NCBI GenBank assembly: GCA_963758035.1
Contig: CAVWTW010000008.1
Coordinates: 34,917-98,916, forward strand
Direction of reading: 5' to 3'
DNA length: 64,000 nucleotides
Source: an uncultured Actinomycetota bacterium
GTDB lineage: Bacteria; Actinomycetota; Thermoleophilia; Solirubrobacterales; Solirubrobacteraceae
The translations under genes were made by a program, and so were the position numbers. Below, piece after piece: positions 20,228 to 29,446 of this stretch. The notes beneath the pieces were generated by a model. The model saw only the letters and a list, made by a program, of their open reading frames with translations, was not told where the DNA came from and did no database searches. Position 1 is the stretch's first letter. Every line of letters begins with the position of its first letter.

Positions 20228-21286
20228 CTAGGGCAGGACGCGCCGGCCCCAGGTGAACTGATCGCCCAACCAGCTCCCGCGCAGCGGCAGCACGTACACG
20301 CCCTGGCCCGAGGAGTGGATGACCCAGTTGTCGCCCAGGTAGATGCCGGTGTGGATGACGTTGGCCTCGGTGGCGGTGCTGTCGAAGTGAGCGCTGCCGA
20401 AGAACAGCAGGTCGCCGGGGCGCAGCTGATCCTCGTGCAGCCGATCCCGGCGGGGGATCTCCTGCGCCATCTGCGCGGCGGTGCGCCCGCCGATCTCGCG
20501 GCCCCACGGGAGCCCCGACACCTTGAACACGCGCCACACGAAGCCCGAGCAGTCAAAGCCGCCGTGGGCCAACCCGTCGGCGGTGTTGTCGGTGGTGCCG
20601 GCGTAGACGTAGGGGTAGCCGATCTTGGACACCGCGATGCGCAGGGCGGTGAGCTGGTCGGCGCTCATCCGGGGCAGCGCGTAGGTCATCAGGGACTGGC
20701 GTGCGGACTGGATGCTCCAGCTCCCGTCGTTGATCACCTGCGCCAATGACCAGGCGGCCTCGGCCCGGGTGATCGGGTCCCAGGGGAACAGTTCGAGCTG
20801 GTCGGTGCCCGCGGGATGGTCGTAGCGCAGGCCCAGGAAGCGGGCCACCACCTCGGTGCCGTAGTACGACGGGGGCCGCAGCCCCACCGCCGCGGTCGCC
20901 CGTTGCACGTGGGCGGCGACGTCGGACAGGCCGAGCTGGTCGACGACCAGGCGGTCGAAGGCGTCGACGGTGACCAGGCCCGCTGGGGCGTGGACGGCAG
21001 GGAGCGACGCTGCCTGGCCGTCAGAGCCCGGGACGTCGCGGCTCGCCAACCGCGCCAGCGCGGCCAGCGCGCGGTCGGCCTGGGCGCCCGGCAGGCGATC
21101 GGCGCCGCCGAAGTCCTGGCCGTGCAGGTTGCCCATCAGCCCGGCGTGGACGACCTGGCGCTGCTGCGCGGCATCCCAGTTGGCCAGCGTCACCTGCGCG
21201 CTGGCCGCGGCGGGCATGAGCCCGGCGAGGACGGCCCACCCGGCGAGGACCACGGGCAGGGCACGCTTGAGCACGCGAGCGGGCAT
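20228..21286 (-). CDS. secreted NlpC/P60 peptidoglycan hydrolase with SLH-like N-terminal repeats
   Basis: I start at MPARVLKRALPVVLAGWAVLAGLMPAAASA (signal peptide; ATG 21286). The C-terminal NlpC/P60 domain has GFDCSGFVWRVF (Cys), HTGIYLG (His) and VIHSS. FPWDPITRAEAAWSLAQV looks like an SLH motif. The upstream part of the track ORF is a shadow. Confidence 0.85.
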   Translation of the reverse strand: MPARVLKRALPVVLAGWAVLAGLMPAAASAQVTLANWDAAQQRQVVHAGLMGNLHGQDFGGADRLPGAQADRALAALARLASRDVPGSDGQAASLPAVHAPAGLVTVDAFDRLVVDQLGLSDVAAHVQRATAAVGLRPPSYYGTEVVARFLGLRYDHPAGTDQLELFPWDPITRAEAAWSLAQVINDGSWSIQSARQSLMTYALPRMSADQLTALRIAVSKIGYPYVYAGTTDNTADGLAHGGFDCSGFVWRVFKVSGLPWGREIGGRTAAQMAQEIPRRDRLHEDQLRPGDLLFFGSAHFDSTATEANVIHTGIYLGDNWVIHSSGQGVYVLPLRGSWLGDQFTWGRRVLP

Positions 21287-21364
21287 CAGTACACCGGTGA
21301 TCGGCGCAATGCGCCGAGCCCTTGAACCCGGCGCGAGACGACGTGGACTGATAGACGTAGGGAG

Positions 21365-21751
21365 GTGCCCGTCCGCCGCGTTGTCATCGATCACGTGTCG
21401 ATCGGCGTCTCCGACCTGTCGCGCAGCATCGAGTTCTACACGCGTGCGCTGGCGCCGCTGGGCTTCGGGCCGCACGGCGCCTGGCGCGAGGGCGCGCAGG
21501 ATATGGCGTTCGGCACCCCCGAACTCGACGACTTCGCCGTGTCGCTTTCGTATCTCGTGGGCGCGCCGGTCCACGTCTGCTTCGCCGCCGATACCCGGGA
21601 GCAGGTCGACGCCTTCTACGCCGCGGCGCTGGCCGCCGGCGGCCGCGACAACGGTCCACCCGGCCCGCGCCCGGAGTATTCCGAGGGGTATTACGGCGCG
21701 TTCGTGCTCGACCCCGATGGCCACAACATCGAGGCCGTCCACCACGGATAG
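21365..21751 (+). CDS. VOC/glyoxalase-family protein
   Basis: IDHVSIGVSDLSRSIEFY...HVCFAA...GAFVLDPDGHNIEAV is a typical glyoxalase/bleomycin-resistance fold. Confidence 0.85.
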   Translation: MPVRRVVIDHVSIGVSDLSRSIEFYTRALAPLGFGPHGAWREGAQDMAFGTPELDDFAVSLSYLVGAPVHVCFAADTREQVDAFYAAALAAGGRDNGPPGPRPEYSEGYYGAFVLDPDGHNIEAVHHG

Positions 21752-21789
21752 CGCGGAAACGGCGCGCTCCCGCTACCTTCACCAGCGCC

Positions 21790-23304
21790 ATGGACTCTCG
21801 CAGCCCTCGGTGGCCCCTGGCACGGATCGCCCTCGCCCTGCTGGCGGCCATCGTGGTCGCACTCGCGGCCACCGGCTGCGGCGGGAGCAAGGCCACCGCG
21901 CCGGACAAGCCCACGTTCCAGGTGACCGCCGCCGCGGTCGGCCATCCCGTCGCGTCGGGGTTCGTCGGGCTCTCGATCGAGATCAAGGCCCTGGAGCAGT
22001 ACGCGGGCACCAACCCCAGCGCGGTCAACCCGGTTCTGTTGCACCTCATCGAGGACCTCGCCCCAGATCAGCGACCGGTGCTCCGCCTCGGCGGCGACAG
22101 CACCGACTGGTCGTGGTGGCCGGTGTCGAGCGTCGCGCGCCCGCCCGGGGTGAGGTTCACCTTGACGCCCAACTGGCTGGACGTGGCGCGATCTGTGGCC
22201 ACCGCGGTGCGGGGACGGCTCATCCTCGGCGTCGACCTGGAGGCTGACAACCGCACGCTGGCCGCCGCCGAAGCCAACGCCATGGTGCAGCGGGTCGGCC
22301 CTGGCTCCGTGGCCGCGCTGGAGCTGGGCAATGAGCCCGAGCTGTACGGCAGCTTCGGCTGGTACGCGTCGGCCGGCGGCAAGCCGGTCCCGGGGCGCCC
22401 GCGCGACTATGACCCGACGGCGTTCGAACGCGACTATTCGAGCTTCGCTCCCCGCCTTCCCGACGTGCCGCTGGCCGGGCCCAGCAGCGGCGCTCCGGAC
22501 TGGCTGGCCAAGCTCGGCGCGTTCCTCCATGCCGAGCCGCGCGTCGGGCTGGTGACGGTGCACGCCTATCCGCTCAAGCACTGCACCAAGTCCAAGGTCA
22601 TCACGATCGGACAGCTCCTCTCCGATCAGTCATCGCGCGGCCTGGCCGCCTCCGTGGCGCCCTACGTGGCCGTCGCCGGCGCGCACCATGACCCCCTGCG
22701 CGTGGACGAGATGAACGGCATCTCGTGCGGGGGGTACCGCGGGGTCAGCGACACCTTCGCCTCGGCGCTGTGGGTGCTCGACGCGCTGTTCGAGATGGCC
22801 CGCACCGGCGTCGCCGGGGTCAACATCCACACCGTCCCGGGCACCATCAACGAGATCCTCGGCCCCGATGACACGGGCGGTACATGGCGCATGCGGGTGC
22901 ACCCGGAGTACTACGGGATGATGATGTTCGCGCAGGCCGCACCCGCCGGCTCGCGCCTGCTCAAGCTCGGCACGGCGGCGCCCGCGGGCGTGAAGGTGTG
23001 GGCCACGCGCGCGAGCGACGGCGTCGTCCACGTCGTCGTCATCAACAAGCGCCTGGCCGGATCGCGGTTCCTGCGTCTGCGCATCGCCGGCGCCCACGGC
23101 GCGGCGGCGGTCGAGCAGTTGCGCGCGCCAAGCGTCCGCAGCACGGGCGGCGTCACTATCGGCGGCCAGACGTTCGGCGCCGAGACCAGCACCGGCGTCC
23201 TGGCGGGACCGGCCGACCACCACACCGTCACCCCGTCGAGCGGCGGCTACCCGATCACCGTGCCCGCGGCCAGCGCGACGATGCTCACCATCCCCGACGG
23301 CTAG
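21790..23304 (+). CDS. lipoprotein glycoside hydrolase, GH79-like (beta-glucuronidase/heparanase-type TIM barrel plus C-terminal beta domain)
   Basis: Lipobox LAATGCGG. LRLGGDSTDW and ELGNEPELY (NEP acid/base motif), followed by a C-terminal beta-sandwich-like tail. Confidence 0.6.
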   Translation: MDSRSPRWPLARIALALLAAIVVALAATGCGGSKATAPDKPTFQVTAAAVGHPVASGFVGLSIEIKALEQYAGTNPSAVNPVLLHLIEDLAPDQRPVLRLGGDSTDWSWWPVSSVARPPGVRFTLTPNWLDVARSVATAVRGRLILGVDLEADNRTLAAAEANAMVQRVGPGSVAALELGNEPELYGSFGWYASAGGKPVPGRPRDYDPTAFERDYSSFAPRLPDVPLAGPSSGAPDWLAKLGAFLHAEPRVGLVTVHAYPLKHCTKSKVITIGQLLSDQSSRGLAASVAPYVAVAGAHHDPLRVDEMNGISCGGYRGVSDTFASALWVLDALFEMARTGVAGVNIHTVPGTINEILGPDDTGGTWRMRVHPEYYGMMMFAQAAPAGSRLLKLGTAAPAGVKVWATRASDGVVHVVVINKRLAGSRFLRLRIAGAHGAAAVEQLRAPSVRSTGGVTIGGQTFGAETSTGVLAGPADHHTVTPSSGGYPITVPAASATMLTIPDG

Positions 23305-23307
23305 ACG

Positions 23308-24108
23308 TTGCGACTCGACCCGTATCTGGAGCGGATCGGCGCCGGCCCGCGGGCCACGCTGGCCGAGATCCATCGCGCCCACGTCACCTCGATCACGTTC
23401 GAGAACCTGGACTCCCATCGAGGCATGCCGGTCTCGCTCGACCTCGGCGACGTCCAGCGCAAGCTGGTGGCGCAGCGGCGGGGCGGCTACTGCTTCGAGC
23501 ACAACCTACTGCTGAGCGCCGCCCTGACCGCACTCGGCCTCGAGGTCGAGCCGATGCTCGCCCGCGTTCGCCTGGGTCGCCCGCCGGGCACGCCGCGCCC
23601 GCGGACCCACCTCGTGCTGCGCGTCCGCGACGGCGACCGCGTCTGGCTCGCCGACGTCGGCTTCGGCAACGGGACGCTGCTCGAGCCGATCCCGTTCGGC
23701 CCCGGCGGCGAGCACGACCAATCCGGCTGGCGCTTTCGGCTGGTGCAGGACGGGGCCGAGCACGTCCTGCAGACGGCGACCGCCGACGGGTGGTCCGATG
23801 TCTACGGCTTCGTGCCCGAGCCGGTCCCGGCCGTCGACATCGAGACCAGCAACTGGTTCACCTGCACGCACCCGGGCTCGCCGTTCGTGACCGGGTTGAA
23901 CATCGCTGTCAATCGCCCGGATGGCACCCGGATCGCGCTCAGCGACCGCGACGGGCTGACCCTGACGCGGCACACGCCCGGCGAGATCGTCGTGTCACAC
24001 CCCGAGCGCGAGGAGATTCCGGACCTGCTCGAGACCGTGTTCGGCCTGCCGGGGTTCGCCCTCGGCGATGACGGCCGCGTCACGCGCCGGGCCGCTGACG
24101 GCGCGTAA
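23308..24108 (+). CDS. nat: arylamine N-acetyltransferase
   Basis: YLERIG...ITFENLD...RGGYCFEHN (catalytic Cys), THLVL (His), WLADVGFG (Asp). TTG start. Confidence 0.9.
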   Translation: MRLDPYLERIGAGPRATLAEIHRAHVTSITFENLDSHRGMPVSLDLGDVQRKLVAQRRGGYCFEHNLLLSAALTALGLEVEPMLARVRLGRPPGTPRPRTHLVLRVRDGDRVWLADVGFGNGTLLEPIPFGPGGEHDQSGWRFRLVQDGAEHVLQTATADGWSDVYGFVPEPVPAVDIETSNWFTCTHPGSPFVTGLNIAVNRPDGTRIALSDRDGLTLTRHTPGEIVVSHPEREEIPDLLETVFGLPGFALGDDGRVTRRAADGA

Positions 24109-24122
24109 GCCCAGACTCACGC

Positions 24123-25121
24123 TCAGGTGACCCACTGCAGCCACGCGCCGTGCGGGTCAGCCCAGGCCAGCGGCTCGCCGTCGAGGCTGAGCACGATCTC
24201 GCCGCCGGGTGTCCGGCCGGGGCGGGGCGGCAGCTCGAGCTCGACTACTCCGGGCGGCTCGTTGGCGATCCAGCGCGCGTCCAGCCCACCCACGGTCTCG
24301 GCGAAGCGCCGGCGGTCCGCCGGGTCGTGCACGTACCCGAGCACCGCCGTATGGAAGACCACGAGCGTCGCCCCGGCGGGGGCCTCCTGCGCCAGCGCCG
24401 GCAGGTCGTGGCGCAGGTCACCGCGGACGATGCGCGGCGGATCCTTGCGGGCGACCCGCACGGCCGCCCGCAGCAGCGCCAGGCGGTCGCCCTCCCCGGG
24501 CCAGATGAGCGATTCCAGCCAGGACACGCTCTCGTCATCGGTCACGTCGATCGGCGCGAGGTCCAGGCCGGCGCGCCACACCACCCGGGGCAGCGCCGCG
24601 GGCACCGGGGCGCCCTCGTTGACCGCGCAGCCGAACACCGGGCCGGCGCCGTCGAGCGCGGGCGCGCCCAGCCGGCGGCCGTCGCCGTAGTCATAGCCGT
24701 AGCGATCGGGGAGCAGGCAGAGCCCGGCCGACGTGCCGACCTCGAGCAGCGCGAGGGGCTGGGGGAGGGAGGCCAGCACCGGCAGCAGCAGCGCGCAGCG
24801 AGCGGGCTCGTTGGTCTGCGTGCGGTAAGTCCGGATGAGCTCCAGTGCCTCGGGCCGGCGGTCAAAGAACCGCATACGAAACTGCGGCCAGTCGCGCGCG
24901 AAGTCCCCGTAAAGGTGGCGGACGGCGGCGAGCAGCAGGTTGGGCTGGCGCTTGGCCGGCTCCAGCTCACACAGGATCGCCAGCAGCTCGCGGTCATCCG
25001 CGATCTGGCGGGTCAGCTCCGTGTACAGCGCCGAGCGCCCCGCGGCGTCCTGCGCCGAGAAGCGCCGGTACTCGGCTGCCAGTCGATCGATGCGCCCTTC
25101 ATCCACGCGCACATCGTGCAC
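24123..25121 (-). CDS. DUF2332 domain protein
   Basis: AAEYRRFSAQDAAGRSALYTEL...ELEPAKRQPNLLLAAVRHL matches the N-terminal DUF2332 pattern as I recall it. Confidence 0.7.
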   Translation of the reverse strand: MHDVRVDEGRIDRLAAEYRRFSAQDAAGRSALYTELTRQIADDRELLAILCELEPAKRQPNLLLAAVRHLYGDFARDWPQFRMRFFDRRPEALELIRTYRTQTNEPARCALLLPVLASLPQPLALLEVGTSAGLCLLPDRYGYDYGDGRRLGAPALDGAGPVFGCAVNEGAPVPAALPRVVWRAGLDLAPIDVTDDESVSWLESLIWPGEGDRLALLRAAVRVARKDPPRIVRGDLRHDLPALAQEAPAGATLVVFHTAVLGYVHDPADRRRFAETVGGLDARWIANEPPGVVELELPPRPGRTPGGEIVLSLDGEPLAWADPHGAWLQWVT

Positions 25122-25128
25122 GACCAGC

Positions 25129-25536
25129 TCAGGCGGCGACGAGCTGCAGGTCGCCCGTGCGGCGGTGATGCTCGGCGATGACCGCGTCGCGCAGCGCGGC
25201 GAACTCGCCGGTGTGCATGTCGGTCACGAGCGCGTCGACAGGGGCGGCCTCGGCCGCGACCTCGGGGCCGGGCTCGGCGGGAAAGCGCCAGACGAGGCAC
25301 ATCGCGGTCAGGGCGCCGCTGAAGCTCAGGACGTTCCCGATCGCCAGGACCGGCGCGTGATTGCCGAAGGCGTTGACGAAGGCCAGCGCGAAGTTGGCGG
25401 TGAACGCCAGCGACCAGCCGAGCTTGGACTGCCCGATGGACGAGCGGTTGCGCAGCATCGTCACCAGCTGGGGGACGATGCCGGTGACGCCGATGAGAAC
25501 GGCGAGCATCGAGATGGAGGTAATGACTTCATTCAT
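25129..25536 (-). CDS. PQ-loop / SemiSWEET-like 3-TM protein with about 50-aa C-terminal extension
   Basis: Three TM helices, a PQ motif at the end of TM1 (GIVPQLVTMLRNRSS) and Asn in TM3 (IGNVLSF). 8 nt downstream of the DUF2332 gene. Confidence 0.6.
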   Translation of the reverse strand: MNEVITSISMLAVLIGVTGIVPQLVTMLRNRSSIGQSKLGWSLAFTANFALAFVNAFGNHAPVLAIGNVLSFSGALTAMCLVWRFPAEPGPEVAAEAAPVDALVTDMHTGEFAALRDAVIAEHHRRTGDLQLVAA

Positions 25537-25642
25537 ATGTGTAAAGAAATAGGTGGGTTAGGGCCTTTAAATAGTTGCTCCCTCACTCTTTCTCTCGGCG
25601 GACACGCCCGATTCTTGAAGTCCGGTTCTATGCTCGAACGGG

Positions 25643-26554
25643 ATGCAAATCCTCCTCCGGACCTTGGCAGGGGCCGTCGCGGTGGCGGTGGTGGGGTTCG
25701 CGCTGGCCCGCTACGGCACGAGCAAGTCCACCGCCGCACCGCCACCGCTGGACCGGCAGGCCTCGGTGGCGGACTTCAGGGTCAACTACCCATCGACGTG
25801 GCGGGTCGTCCCGGCGACGAACGTGCCGCTCGTCCCACTGGGCGACGTTCTCACCCTCGCCGCCGGTTCCTCGAATTCACGGCTCGTCATCGGGACTCAG
25901 CAGACCTCGACCCCCGCGGCGCTGCCCGCCCGGCTTGCCGCCGCCATTCCCCCCAGCACCCGGCCGCAGGTGGTCCCGCTCGGGGCGGCGAGCTTCTACC
26001 GCTACCTGAACCTCACCCCGCAGGGCCAGAACGCGCCCGAATCGGTCTACGCGCTGCCCACCTCCGTCGGCACGATCACCGCCGTGTGCTCATCGCCGAC
26101 CTTCACCGTCCGCTTCACCAGCAGTTGCGAGCGCGTCCTCTCCACGATCAAGCTCACGGCGGGCGACGTCCAGTCGATCGGCGTCGACCCCGGGTACGCG
26201 CTCCAGCTCAACCGGATCGTCGGTCAGCTCAACGCGGTGCGTCGCTCGGCCGGTCCCGGGCTGCGCTCGAGCCGGGTCGCGACCAGAGCGCACGCGGCGT
26301 CGGCGCTGGCTGCGGCCCACGCTCAGGCCGCCACTGCGGCCGGTCACATCAGCGTCGGCAGGGTGAGCTCCGCCAACCAGGCGCTGGTCACCGCGCTGAC
26401 GCACAACGCGACCGCCTATCGAGCGCTCGCACAGGCCGCCGGTAAGCGGGACGTGTCGGCGTACGGGCGCGCCGAGGCGGCGGTGGTGTCGGCGAGCTCG
26501 GGCCTGAGCGCGGCGTACACCCAGCTGCGCCAGCTGGGGTACACCATCCGCTGA
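25643..26554 (+). CDS. membrane-anchored hypothetical protein
   Basis: N-terminal TM anchor (LAGAVAVAVVGFALA), an extracytoplasmic domain and an Ala-rich helical C-terminus. Codon usage is consistent with coding. No family recognised. Confidence 0.6.
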   Translation: MQILLRTLAGAVAVAVVGFALARYGTSKSTAAPPPLDRQASVADFRVNYPSTWRVVPATNVPLVPLGDVLTLAAGSSNSRLVIGTQQTSTPAALPARLAAAIPPSTRPQVVPLGAASFYRYLNLTPQGQNAPESVYALPTSVGTITAVCSSPTFTVRFTSSCERVLSTIKLTAGDVQSIGVDPGYALQLNRIVGQLNAVRRSAGPGLRSSRVATRAHAASALAAAHAQAATAAGHISVGRVSSANQALVTALTHNATAYRALAQAAGKRDVSAYGRAEAAVVSASSGLSAAYTQLRQLGYTIR

Positions 26555-27886
26555 TCAGCCGCTGCCGCTGGTGGTGCCGGTGCCGCTGATGGTCACGGCC
26601 GAGCCGCCCGATCCGTTGGTGGTGGTCACCGTGGAGCGCGCCGGTGGGGCGGGCGGAGGCGATGAGGCCGCCGGCGGGTCGCTGGACGCCGGCGCGGTCG
26701 CAGCGCTATGACTGCTGGTGCTGTGGCTGGTGGGGGCGGCCTTGTGAACGGCCTTGTGAGCGGCCTTGTGAGCGGCCTTGGCCTTGGTCGTCTTTGCCGG
26801 GTGGCGCGGGGTGCCGAGCTTCGCGGCCGAAGGCACCGTGGCCATGGAGGCCACCGTGGCGCTCCCGTGCTGGCCGGAGGCAGGGGCCAGGTGCGCCGGC
26901 GGGGGGTCATGCGGGCGTGATCCCGCCCCCAGGATGAACGCCGCCGCGAAGGCAGCGACGGGGATCGCGATGGCCAACGTGCGGGCGATGACGCCGCCCT
27001 TGCGCCGCTTGCCCTCGGCACGCTGCGCCTTGCGCTCCTTGCGAGTCTGGCGGACCGGTCGTGCCGTGGCGCTGCGGCGAGCGGCTCGCTTGGGGGCGGC
27101 CGCCGACGCCGCGACGGCAATGGCGAGGGCATCGGCGTCATCGCGATCGACCCGCGGAGCGACGGGTTCGCTGGGCGCATCCTCGACGGCGGGCTGGAAC
27201 GCCGCCAGCGAGGTCGTGAGCGCTTCCGGGGCCTCGACGTAGGTGGGGCCCTCCAGCTCGGGCTCCTCGATCGCCTCGGGCTCCTCGATTGGGTCCGGCT
27301 CCTCGATCGCCTCCGGCTCCGGCTCTGGCTCGGGCTCCGGCGGGGGGAGCGGCGCGTCGACCGGCGCCATCACCGGCACCGGCGCGATCACCGGCACCGG
27401 CGCGGGCGGCGGCGCCGCCATCGCGGCCGGGGCGCTCGGGGGCGGCAGCGCGGAGCCGTTGGAGGGGCCGGCGCCGTTGCCGTGGTCACCCAGCATCATC
27501 CGCAGGTTCGCGTGCGCGGCCGGGTGCCCGCGCAGCTCGGCGCGGCGGTAGGCCTCTTCGGCGCCGTGCAGGTCGCCACCCTCCTGCAACAGCCAGGCCA
27601 GGTGGAACGCGCCGGTGGCGTCGCCGCGCTCGTCCGCGCGGCGGAAGGCCTGCTCGGCGCCGTCCAGGTCGTCGCGCTCCTCCAGCAGTACGCCCAGGCT
27701 CACCGCCGCCGCGGCGTGGCCGAGCTGGTCGGCGGCGCGATATGCCGCCTCTGCGGCAGGCAAATCGTCACGCTGTTCGAATTGGATTGCCATGTCGAAC
27801 GCGTCATTGGCATCGGCTGGGGCGGTAGCGCCCGGGCCGGCCGGCATCGGATTTTGCCTAGAGCCGTACATCATGGGCTGAGACAT
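26555..27886 (-). CDS. single-pass membrane protein with cytoplasmic Sel1/TPR-like repeats, acidic Pro/Glu repeat linker and Ser/Thr/Ala-rich exterior tail
   Basis: Three Sel1-like units (AEAAYRAADQLGHAAAAVSLGVLL..., AEQAFRRADERGDATGAFHLAWLL..., AEEAYRRAELRGHPAAHANL), then PEPEPEPE/AIEEP repeats, a basic stretch, a TM (LAIAIPVAAFAAAFILGA) and HKAA repeats. The start is uncertain: ATG 27886, 27874 or 27847. Confidence 0.65.
   Translation of the reverse strand: MSQPMMYGSRQNPMPAGPGATAPADANDAFDMAIQFEQRDDLPAAEAAYRAADQLGHAAAAVSLGVLLEERDDLDGAEQAFRRADERGDATGAFHLAWLLQEGGDLHGAEEAYRRAELRGHPAAHANLRMMLGDHGNGAGPSNGSALPPPSAPAAMAAPPPAPVPVIAPVPVMAPVDAPLPPPEPEPEPEPEAIEEPDPIEEPEAIEEPELEGPTYVEAPEALTTSLAAFQPAVEDAPSEPVAPRVDRDDADALAIAVAASAAAPKRAARRSATARPVRQTRKERKAQRAEGKRRKGGVIARTLAIAIPVAAFAAAFILGAGSRPHDPPPAHLAPASGQHGSATVASMATVPSAAKLGTPRHPAKTTKAKAAHKAAHKAVHKAAPTSHSTSSHSAATAPASSDPPAASSPPPAPPARSTVTTTNGSGGSAVTISGTGTTSGSG
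26737..26784 (-). repeat. 12-bp coding tandem repeat (CGGCCTTGTGAG x about 3.5), encodes (H-K-A-A/V)n
   Basis: Read directly from the sequence; inside the Sel1-repeat gene. Confidence 0.85.
27261..27344 (-). repeat. 18-bp coding tandem repeat x3 (GGCTCCTCGATCGCCTCG) followed by GGCTC[N] hexamer repeats, encodes AIEEP/PEPEPE linker
   Basis: Read directly from the sequence; inside the Sel1-repeat gene. Confidence 0.85.
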
Positions 27887-28823
27887 GAAACGGGCTGAGA
27901 ATTCTAGAACCCTCGGTTTTGCGGGATTTCTGCGTCGCCGAAGTAGGCCACGCGCCACTACTTCGCCGCGCCGCCGCGCAGTCCGCTTTTTCGTTGCAAC
28001 GGCGCTCGCAGCCGTCGTCGGCGTCGCCGTCGCGCTCGCCGCAAGCCCGCACCGGGCACCCGCCGCGGGGATCACCCGCACCTCGGTGGCGCTGCGCGTC
28101 GCCAAGCAGATCCGCGCCGGCCGGCCCACCACGATGTCGGCCACCGTGTCCGCGCCGGCGGCCGCTCCGGGCGCGCCGGCCGCACCCGCGCCCACCGGGA
28201 CCGTGACCTTCGCGGATCGGGGCAAGCCGATCGGCAGTTGCCGCGCCCTCAAGCTCACCAAGCTCACCGCCACCTGCTCGGCGACCTTCTGGGACGCGGG
28301 CCGGCACCCCATCTCCGCGCAATACGGCGGGGACGCCACCTACGCGGTGGCCACCTCCTCCTCGTCGACCCTCACCGTGACGGCGATCCCCGTCACGGGG
28401 GACATCACCGCGCGGACGAGCTGGACCTTCCGCTTCACGCCCACCTACACCAGCATCCTCGGCCTGACCGTCACCGGACTGTATGAGGGCAGCGACGTGG
28501 TCCTGGGGTGTCGGGGCAGGGGATGCCCGTTCCGCGACGAGGACTTCCCGGTGCTGCGGCCCAAGATCTGCCCGCCCAGCCGCCCGGCGCTGAGCTGCCC
28601 GCCCAACAACTTCTTCCTGACCAAGTACTTCGCCGGACGCCGTCTGGCGGTCGGCGCGCAGCTGACAATCCTCATCTCGCACCCCAGTTACATCGGGAAG
28701 TACTACAGCTTCACCGTCCGGGCGCGTCAGAGCCCGGCGGTCGCGATCGCGTGTCTGGCGCCGGGCAGCTCTCTGCCCGGCGTGGGCTGCCGCCCCCGGC
28801 CCGACCAGAACATCCCGCGCTGA
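27885..28823 (+). CDS. membrane-anchored Ig-like-domain protein with Cys-rich C-terminal domain
   Basis: N-terminal basic region plus TM (FFVATALAAVVGVAVALAA). A bacterial Ig-like repeat (GTVTFADRGKPIGSC...ISAQYGGDATYAVATSSSSTLTV), then a Cys-rich domain. The only in-frame start before the TM is ATG 27885. Confidence 0.7.
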   Translation: MKRAENSRTLGFAGFLRRRSRPRATTSPRRRAVRFFVATALAAVVGVAVALAASPHRAPAAGITRTSVALRVAKQIRAGRPTTMSATVSAPAAAPGAPAAPAPTGTVTFADRGKPIGSCRALKLTKLTATCSATFWDAGRHPISAQYGGDATYAVATSSSSTLTVTAIPVTGDITARTSWTFRFTPTYTSILGLTVTGLYEGSDVVLGCRGRGCPFRDEDFPVLRPKICPPSRPALSCPPNNFFLTKYFAGRRLAVGAQLTILISHPSYIGKYYSFTVRARQSPAVAIACLAPGSSLPGVGCRPRPDQNIPR

Positions 28824-28858
28824 TCCGGAAGCGGGGCCCGCGGCCACCACTCGCGTGC

Positions 28859-29446
28859 TCACGTCGGCGCTTCGTCGGTGACGGCCTCGCGCTGCTGGGG
28901 GGTGAGGATCGCCAGCAGCGGCCGCGCCGCAGTGCGCAGGCGATCGACCGCCTGGTTGAGGTCCGTCCGCTCGGCGTCGCCCGCGGTTCCCTTCCGATGG
29001 GCATGCAGCGCCCGTATGAGCTCGCCCGCCAGCCGCTGGGCCTCCTCCAGGAAGTTGCGCGACATCGTGGCGTCGATCAGCAGCGGCGCCGCGATCAGCA
29101 ACATCGTGCCGTAGGACTGAAGGGCATCGCCGGCTGCCTCCGTGTCGCCGTTGCCGTCCAGCGCCGCATCGGCGAGCTGGACCGTGCGCGCCGCCTGCGT
29201 CATGACGATCGCCGCCTGCGCCGCGATCGCGCGCGAGCGGTCGCGCAGTTGCCGGGTGTGGATGACGCGATCGGCGACGAGCACGGTCACCAGCAGCACG
29301 AGGATCCCGCCCACCAGGGAGGTGGTGAACGCGTGCTCCGCCCACCAGCGATGGACCGGGCCGTCGAGGATGTCGAGGACGGCAAGGGCCACGGCCAGCA
29401 CGGTCACCGTGACCGCGCCAGTCCACTCCCGGCTCGGCCATCTCAT
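28859..29446 (-). CDS. two-TM membrane protein, function unknown
   Basis: I start at MRWPSREWTGAVTVTVLAVALAVL (ATG 29446), which overlaps the stop of the upstream LLM gene as ATGA. There is a second TM (LVGGILVLLVTVLVA) and a helical C-terminus. Confidence 0.6.
   Translation of the reverse strand: MRWPSREWTGAVTVTVLAVALAVLDILDGPVHRWWAEHAFTTSLVGGILVLLVTVLVADRVIHTRQLRDRSRAIAAQAAIVMTQAARTVQLADAALDGNGDTEAAGDALQSYGTMLLIAAPLLIDATMSRNFLEEAQRLAGELIRALHAHRKGTAGDAERTDLNQAVDRLRTAARPLLAILTPQQREAVTDEAPT

Noticed and set aside
21287-21364. Possible cyclic-di-AMP (ydaO-type) riboswitch upstream of the NlpC/P60 hydrolase, as is often found before actinobacterial cell-wall hydrolase genes.
   Set aside because: The leader is only 78 nt and is shared with a divergent gene. 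That is too short for the motif, and I could not find its conserved cores.
26552-26557. Two convergent genes whose stop codons abut, forming the palindrome TGATCA, considered as a possible regulatory or recombination site.
   Set aside because: This is a 6-bp coincidence of TGA and TCA with no extended symmetry. It is most simply tight packing.
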